DNA of 64,000 bases, the filler included, from Streblomastix strix (lineage: Eukaryota): assembly GCA_008636045.1 (NCBI GenBank). It is 4 parts of 4 records of this genome, joined end to end, with 100 filler letters (N's around TTAATTAATTAA, not from the genome) between each part and the next. Parts side by side here need not be neighbours in the genome. Positions count along the whole stretch, not along the records: positions 48,186 to 64,000 come from SNRW01000931.1; 3 more parts are not named here. The stretch is one strand, 5' to 3'. Position numbers and translations under genes: made by a program. Positions 55,984 to 64,000 of this stretch are shown here, piece by piece (position 1 is the stretch's first letter; each line of letters opens with the position of its first letter). The notes beneath the pieces were generated by a model that was not told the origin of the DNA, searched no databases, and saw nothing but the letters and a program-made list of their open reading frames with translations.

Positions 55984-57024
55984 ATGGCAGGACGTGGCCG
56001 TCGAAATCAAAGAAGAGGAAATCAAGACCTCAACAATGAACGGAATTCCGAATCTTCGGAAAACGAGGACGGCGCGCGCGCGATAATTCCATTCGAACAA
56101 CTAATTAACGCGATGGACGTCGAATCGGACAACGATCCGAGCTACTAAGACGAAGAAGAGCATGACTCATCATAATAGTCTTACACATCCTCCGAATATG
56201 CATCGGGCGACGAGCAGATTGGAGCGAATAATTTCCAACCGCACAGACCAGTTCGTAGGCGCAGACCACACGATCCGATACCGCAACCATTCGAGTTTCA
56301 ACCGTCGGACGATGAAGAACTAGGAAGAGAAGGTAGAGTAAGGCGAAGAGTAGATTCAGACGAGGAATCTGCTGATAAAAAATCCGAAACCGAACCAGAT
56401 GAACCACAAGACAATGAGATGAAGGCTGTTGTTCAAAAACTTGCACCATCCATGCGGAAGAACGATAAAGCTAACAAAAGTGCTGCAGTGAGATTGATAG
56501 AATCAAGAATCCATTAGAAAGCGAAGGACTACGATTCATTGGACCCGCAGCTTAACGAAGACCATGTAAGTCAATTAAGAGAGAAATCTCGTATAGACAT
56601 CGCTCCCTTCAAGATTAGAGATCCTCCAAGGATCGTTAAAGGAGAAAGTTCTGAAATTCATGGTCAGTTGGTTAGGAATCTTGTTGCCGGTTAGCGGACT
56701 TTGTTTGCAGTGTCAATGGCACTTTGCGAAGACGGCAAAGAGAAGGCAACAGAAAAGGTTCTGGATACCTTTGAATTAATTGCAGAGGCTACTCATTAAG
56801 CCTAATCCATACGAAAAGACTCTATTCTTAATAGAGGTTACAAAAGAAACTACTAGAACCGTCCGCCAACATCTACTGCGTTTAGTCCCAACGATAGAAG
56901 AGACATGAAGGAAGATCGCGCATTACAATAAAACAACGGAATATATCAAAAACCAAACTACTCCAGAAGAGGGGGAAGAGGAAGAAAAGTGGGAAGAGGA
57001 AGAGAATATAAACCGTATAAATGA
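55984..57024 (+). CDS. E4 ORF1, gag-like
   Basis: MAGRGRRNQRR.. open to TGA 57022-57024; acidic N-terminal part, helical core, RGGRGR basic tail; position upstream of RT. Confidence 0.75.
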
Positions 57025-57382
57025 ACCGATTCTTCATCTGAAGAAAGTTCATCCCCAACCAATTCGAATTCTATTGTTTAATAAATGCCACTAGAAACAT
57101 AAACAAGATCTGGATTGAATTATAATTTCAATAATGGATTAAAAATAACTGAACCAACTAGATCCACATCAGTATCTCCATCTTAATAAGTTATTTAAAC
57201 TCCCAATAATCAAATATAATTATTTAATAATAACTTAATAAATAATAATAATAATAATAAAATTTATAAAAACAATTAAAATCAAAATACAATCACTTTC
57301 AAAATGATTAATGATAACTTAATAAATAAAAATAATAATCAAATTAATTATAATCCAATTAATATATTAAATTAAAATAATA

Positions 57383-59310
57383 ATGAGAACCACCAGTTTT
57401 TTCTTGATAGGAGCAAAACTCCTCCACTTCTAACACAAATGGAGAGAGTTGGGAGTGTTAAATATAGTTTAAGAAGGAGTAAAACCAAATTGGATTTCAA
57501 AAGAAGCTCCAAAGACTCTTTAGACTAAATCCCATTTCAGGCAATTCAAAGGAACAAAATTAGAGATGGAAACATATCAAAAAGCATTATAAGAAGAGAT
57601 AGATTAAGGAATAGTAGTAGAAGTGGGTCCAAACCAAATAAAATACCTGAATAGAACTTTTATAATTCCAAGGAAAGACAAAAGATTAAGAAAAATATTA
57701 GATTGCAGACCAATTAATAAGTAATTAAAGGATATACCATTTAAAGCAGAGAATATTAATATGGTCATAACACTAGTAGAAAAGGGAGATTGGGGGGTTA
57801 CAATAGACATTCATAATGCCTATAATCACATCATGGTTCACCCAAGTCTCCAATAGTACTTGGGATTCGCATTCCAAGATAGGTTTTATATTTATAAGGG
57901 GATGCCATTTGGTCTTAAGACTGCACCAGCAATCTTTTACCGACATCTTCATCCAGCAATCTAATATCTTAGAATAAGGGGCATAAGATTAATAGTATTC
58001 TACGACGACATTCTAATAGTGTGTTAGGATCCAATCAAGCTTCAAGATCATACAAGAATAGCAATTCAGATCCTAGAAGAAATGGGTTGGACAATAAGTA
58101 AGAAGTCAAGCTTAAATCCATCACAAACAATTCACTATTTAGGATGGATATGGAATCTAAAAGAATTAACGATATAAATGCCTCAAGATAGAAGGAGAAG
58201 CATACTACATAAGGTATTAAAGTATAGTCATTTGTCCAGAAATCACGAAACAGTTAAGATAAAGCGATTAGCAGGGATTATAGGGAAGTTATAATATCTT
58301 AAACCACAAATCTAAAGAGCGGGTCTCCATCTTAAAGTAATCCTAAAACCATTTAATAAAGTGGTAAATTAAAGAGGTTGGCATTCTTTAGTAAGATTAA
58401 CTCCTAAAATGAATAAGAACTGGACCTGGTGGATCGCAATGATAAGAAACAACTAACCAACCAATTTCCAAATCCTGCAACCCGAAGTCCTACTAACGAC
58501 AGATGCCTCAATGAGGGGATGGGGAGCAACCTTGCTTCTCCACAAGAACAACTAAGAGTTGATGAGTGCAGGCAAATGGAAAAACAAGTGGAGACTGACA
58601 TCTAGTAATTAGCGGGAACTAGCAGCCGTGTTCTGCGCTCTACGAAGATTCGCGAATCTATTTAGAGAGGAGAAAATCCATTCTATTCACTTGAGAACGG
58701 ATAATACGACGACGAGTTTTAATATCAATAGAAAGAACTCATCTAATTCGCTAGCAACACTAACAGACTGGACATTAAGACTAGCGGAATAAATGCAGAT
58801 CCAGATCAAAGCAACATACATACCAGGGATAGAGAATCAAGTTGCAGATAGTCTATCTCGCCTCAACAGAGCGGGAGACTATTAATTGAACAAAACAACA
58901 TATAACTCTCTAATTAAATAACTCAAGATGAAACCAACGATAGACTTATTCGCTTCAAAGACAAATAAACTAACAAGAAGATACTGCACTATAACTTAAG
59001 ATCAAGAAGCAACAGCGAGAGATGCATTCAGCATTCCATGGACTTGAGAAGTTCCATTTATTCACCCTCCGATACCTCTAATAGGGAAATGCTTAAAGAT
59101 AATCAAACAATCGAGAATTCAAGCAATAATAGTAGTTCCCATCTGGGAAGCACAATATTGGTGGCCAATGTTAATGGAATTAATAACTAGGGCAGTAGTA
59201 TTAGGCCCAACTAACTAAATTCTAAAGAACGGGCAAATAGCAATGAGACGAGGTTGGTCACTTCCACCAGGAAAACTCCTGGGCTGTTTGATAAAATTAA
59301 AGAGAGAGGA
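57383..59310 (+). CDS. E4 pol: reverse transcriptase + RNase H + adenine methyltransferase-like domain (one in-frame TGA at 59045; end approximate)
   Basis: IGAKLLHFQHKW, LRKILDCRPIN, TIDIHNAYNHI, GMPFGLKTAP, FYDD (57998-58009), YLGW, LTTDAS, SSNQRELAA, RTDNTT, YIPGIENQVADSLSR, IDLFAS, DAFSIPW, IHPPIPLI, VPIWEAQYWWP, LPPG. Confidence 0.93.
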
Positions 59311-59313
59311 ATT

Positions 59314-60390
59314 TAAGGTGAATCCCTATATAGAGAAGCACTCACATCATGTGGAGCAACAGAAGGGACGATCGATAACTTCATAAAATAATTCTAGGAT
59401 AGCTGGAGAAGACATAAACAAGGACTTGGATACGCAGTACCATTCTTAAAGTAACAATAAATACTTCCCGAATAATTAAAAGACTAAAAATTCCCGCATA
59501 TCGTAATATCCAATTTCATATCCTACTTACAATAACAGTAATTAACTCCAGCAGCAATTTTAAATGCAAAAAGAGCCTTCTCAACACTTCTTATAGCAGT
59601 AGGACATAATAGTAATATTATTTACAATCATACAACTTCTTTATCAGTAAGACAAGAAAGACTTAAAACAAAGAAAGAAGTTAAGTAAATTAGCACCTAT
59701 AATGTAGATGATGTATTAAATCACATAAGGAAGAGATCATAAATAATAGACATATTAAATGAAGATGAAATTCAAGGAATTGTCTTAGCTCTTATTATGG
59801 TTATCACCACAAGAAGAATGGCAGAGATTCATAGATCAACAATGGATCCTAGCACACTCAGTGAAGACTAATTCTAATTACATACATGGATTAGAAAAGT
59901 AGGTGGTGGACCAGTAACAATATCATTCCAAAAAGCAGCAGATTAACAAGTTTGTCCAGTTCGATGGTTTAATAAATGGTGGCTTATCTAATAGCCAAGA
60001 AGTAACAAAGGATAAATATTATGGTGGAATAGTTATAAGTAACACAATGCTTCTCCAGACCTTTGTTCAAAATTAACAAAAGCCATAATAAAAGCTGCTG
60101 GAATCAATACAAAATCACGTATAACTGAATTAAGAGCCGCATCCATAACGAAAGTGATTGATAAAGGTGCACCAATGGCCAGTATCAACTCCTGGTCAAT
60201 ACACTCGGATGCGTGTAAGACATTACAAAGATATTATTATAGAGCCAACTGTAATAATTTAATTAACATTGTGTTGACTCAAGATAAGTATGCCTATTTC
60301 TTTCAACTACTGTACTCTAATAAACAATTTCGTTTGCATATTGATCCGTTTGGTCTGCTACATAATCAATTTATTGGTTATGTTAGCTGA
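59314..60390 (+). CDS. E4 tyrosine recombinase (start uncertain, separate frame from pol)
   Basis: No TGA in frame: TTRRMAEI (Arg I), VCPVRW, ITELRAAS (Arg II), SIHS, LQRYYY (Tyr); unspliced frame runs into the ICR. Confidence 0.88.
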
Positions 60391-60423
60391 TCAAACTGGA
60401 GCAATATGCAAACGAGATTGTTA
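60312..60423. repeat. Internal complementary region (ICR) of E4
   Basis: 60312-60381 is the reverse complement of 55851-55920 (one mismatch seen); 60382-60423 is the reverse complement of 60889-60930. Confidence 0.95.
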
Positions 60424-60979
60424 TCCGCCCGAAAACAATTACTAAACAATCTCGCCTCAATCATATTACTAAACAAATATAACAATTAATTTTTTCCCAC
60501 CCTTGAACTTTTAACATTATATTTAAGTTTTATTTCAGTTAAAAGCGATGGATAAGCTGATTACAACGAAGAAGATGAAGTAGATTCAATAGCTTATGAA
60601 TAAAAACAGCTGATAGACGAGCTCGATCAATACAAAAGCAATAAGGAGGGACGAGTTGACTATAGCAAAGCTGTATGAGGGTGGATGTCATGGTCATGAC
60701 TAGCTGTTTTGCTAGAATAAGGGATCTTTACCTACGCATTTGGGAGGAAGTTCATCCTAATAATTATGCAGACGGAGACTAATTAAGCCATTTCAATTTA
60801 TTTAATTTAATTAACATAATTATTATATACAAAAATAACGCCACTGGGTTAGGCTGACCCATATATATTTAGGCGCTCGTACTCTAATAAACAATCTCGT
60901 TTGCATATTGCTCCAGTTTGATCAGCTAACAAATCAAATCTCGTAAAAATTATTTCCTCGCATTTTTGAAACAACTTCG

Positions 60980-63900
60980 ATGGACGACGAAGATGTGCTA
61001 AGATGGAATAAATATGTTGTTTGTGTTAGATTTTATTTAAAACTATATTATACTATTTACGTTTCTATTTGCTTGGATAAAATAAATGTCGATTTTTTCT
61101 TTAGCCAATACGAAAAATTGGTATTTAAATGTTTTTATAATTTTATAATATTTAAGACATAAATTTAATTCTAATTAATTAGGATAAGGCTCGTTCGGAT
61201 TGTATGATTTTTATTATTTTATTTTATTTTTGAGTTCATGGCATCTTTTCTCTGAAGTGTTTATCTTGCTTATGCAATTGATGAAGGAATCGTTGCTGTA
61301 AAATTTGTTAAATAAAATAAGTTTATAGGAAATGAAATAAATGCAATAAAAGAACTTGAACGGTTTGATTTTTATATTTTTTTTTAATATTAATTTACAA
61401 TCTTTTTATATATTTTATACAGAAACAAAATTAAGAGCAATTTTATATTGAAACATAATTTTTATTACTAAATTAGTGATTCTCCATTACTTTCAATGGA
61501 GTATTCAAACATGTTAGTTTGTTAATTTATTTATTTATTATTTTTATTAAATTTCTAATATTATTAAAATTAAAATACTTTAAATCAGACACTAAGTATT
61601 ATTGTCAAGTAGCCTTAAATTCCTTTTCCTTCATACACACTCAGAGCATTAATGAAATAAATTCGTTTGAACAGTCTTTTTTTCAATTAATATTTATTAC
61701 TCATTAAATATGTTACAGTTGAAGGAATGCGAGCATTTCACGCTTCTGGTCTTGTTCATAGGTTTGTTTTATAGTTACTATTATATAATTTAAATATTAA
61801 ATATAGGGATATCAAGAGTGACAATATCTTGCTTCACTGTCCACCTGGATCTGGACGTGTTTATGCGAAAATCTCAGATTTTGGATTTGCGAAGAAAGAG
61901 GATACCGTTAATTAGCAAACTTATGTAGCTGGGTTTGGCTATTATATTCCTTTCCATCTACTTTCAACTTTAATATTTTTATTGCTTCAGAACAATTCCA
62001 TTCATGGTTAATAAATATAATAATTTAACTGAAAAGAAAATATATATATTAAATTATATATAAAAAATCATTTTCTTATTTTTTTAGGCACCAGAATTGT
62101 TTAAACTGCCATCTATAATATCTCAGAAGGTCGATATGTATGCTATTGGAGTAATATTCTACAAACTTATTACTCATGAATATCCTGTGGATTAGCCAAA
62201 TGTGAAATTATAAGGAAAGTTTGCATATTTATTAATAATAATAATTTTTATTTTCTTTTATTACTTTTTTTTTTAAATATAATTTTTAAACCAAATTTTT
62301 TTTTATCAGAGCCCTTTGGGATATGCCAAAGATTGAGAGATTGCAGAAATTTGAAAATGATATTCTTTGGGATCTCCTTTCAAAATTATTAGAATTCGAT
62401 CCAATTAAAAGAATTACAGCAGCTGAAGCACTACAACATCCATTCTTCTCTTCTCTTTAAGCTTTTGATGATATTTCACCTGAGCAATAGGATCTTGCAT
62501 TATAAGCAGCTGCAGAAGAATTGGAAGGAAATGAAAATATCACATAATTCGATAAAGACCCTACATTTATTGTTTCTGAATCTACAATCAAACTTTTCAT
62601 ACAATAATATTTGATTTCACATCCAAACTAGGAAGAATTAATTAATAATCAAAATAATTAATAGAAAGAGGAATTTTAAACTATTCGAGAAATTGAATCA
62701 TATGAAAAAGAAATGATTAAATAAGATTAGATTGAAAAATAAACAATTGAACTTGAAATACATCCTTCATAATAAGTTAATGATATTATTGGTGATAATA
62801 AATAGAATGAAATTATGGATTAAATATCTATATTATAATAAAATGATTCTGAATATCAGTAGATTGATTAATCTCCATATATAGACATTCCAACTTCAAC
62901 TTCTTATCTTAATTTACTCAATCGATTTTAAAGCCAAAATTTTAGATATCAATAATATTCATCTTAATCTTTCTCTTAATCGTTATTATTAACTTCTTAA
63001 TTTTCTTCTGCAGTTTATAATAATGATGAAAGTTCAATATATAAAGTATAATTTAATCATGCTTCGTTATCATATGCAACAACTCAAGAGTAATTGCAAA
63101 TTGAAAGAGATTTGCTTAATTTGAATATGTCTTTGGAAGAAATAAAAGAATTTTTGAATTAATTCCAAAACTTATCTTTTTCTCAATGGGACATTGTTTG
63201 CATTTTTCTTTAGAAATAATTGATGGGAAACAAATTTAATTGTGAGAAAGCTCAGCAAATTGGAATCATTGATCTTTTATTGAATATAATTAATACTCTT
63301 CCACTTGAAAAAATATTTCCAAACATTTAATTAATTTTGATTAATTATATCAAAACTAATCCAACATCTAAAACAAATAATTTATTTAGATAAGAAAATT
63401 ATAAATGGATTAATAGAATTCTGCAGAATAATGGAAAAGAAATTTTAAGAAATTAATTATATTATCTGATTTTCTTCATAAAAGCAATTTTGAAAAAGTT
63501 TGAAAAAGCATAATCTTATTAATTTCGAAAAGAAGTTGAACAATCTGGAATTATGGAAAAACTTATTAATATTTTCTAAAATAGTAATTAGATATATACA
63601 AAAATTTATGATTATTCAGCAATTATAATTGGATTACTCCATAGAGAATATCCTCTTCCTGAAAATTTTGGTCTAAAATTAGTTAATAAAATCAAACAAT
63701 CAATAGAATATAATAATATCCATCTTTAAGTTTATTCTATTAAAACATTATTTTATCTTGCAATTTGCTAAGATAATCACAAATACATTTTAGTAAATTA
63801 ATTTCTTAAGTAAATCAATTAAATTCTTCATGATGATGATAAGAAAGAGTATATTAATCATGATTTAAATAGGCTTATAAGCATTTTATTCAGATTTGGA

Positions 63901-64000
63901 ACTGATGAAACAAAATCTTTGATAAGATCAGAAATTTCATTTGCAGATAATACAGATTTAGAGTAAGCTTTGAATGATCATGAAGAAAGATAGAAAATAA
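60980..64000 (+). CDS. Ser/Thr protein kinase with Q-rich linker and helical C-terminal region; runs off the window
   Basis: [76 protein letters not shown]; many short introns. Confidence 0.9.

Larger units (their letters stand above)
55851..60930 (+). mobile_element. DIRS-type retrotransposon E4, near intact
   Basis: Left ITR ~55851-55949, right ITR ~60851-60930, ICR 60312-60423; gag, RT-RNaseH-methyltransferase and YR ORFs without frameshifts; no obvious target site duplication. Confidence 0.96.

Noticed and set aside
57022..59047. TGA readthrough or selenocysteine in E4
   Set aside because: Host genes use TGA as stop; a true gag stop plus one point mutation explains both.
57383..60390. 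Prokaryotic RT system (retron, DGR) or bacterial contaminant
   Set aside because: TAR=Gln usage, gag-RT-RNaseH-methyltransferase-YR order and ITR/ICR structure identify a eukaryotic DIRS element.

Overview
Very AT-rich, intron-rich eukaryotic (protist) DNA that reads TAA/TAG as Gln and ends genes only at TGA, so the standard-code ORF track is mostly misleading. The code and gene style fit an oxymonad such as Streblomastix (inference). The window is probably four unrelated ~16 kb contigs joined by N-TTAATTAATTAA-N linkers, so synteny across 16.0, 32.1 and 48.1 kb should not be assumed. Segment 1: decayed Helitron, PepD dipeptidase, RRP8, WDR89-like WD40 protein, hypothetical gene. Segment 2: DCAF1/VprBP-like gene, type I membrane protein, RFC small subunit, ApgM-type phosphoglycerate mutase, SF-assemblin-like protein, beta-tubulin C-terminus. 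Segments 3-4: decayed genes, four divergent DIRS-type tyrosine-recombinase retrotransposons, a papain-like protein lacking catalytic residues, and a Ser/Thr kinase. The most notable object is a near-intact DIRS element (55851-60930) with ITRs, an ICR circle junction, RT-RNaseH-methyltransferase and recombinase ORFs. The elements share a terminal motif and lack the recombinase HxxR His; the ICR may sit in an intron.
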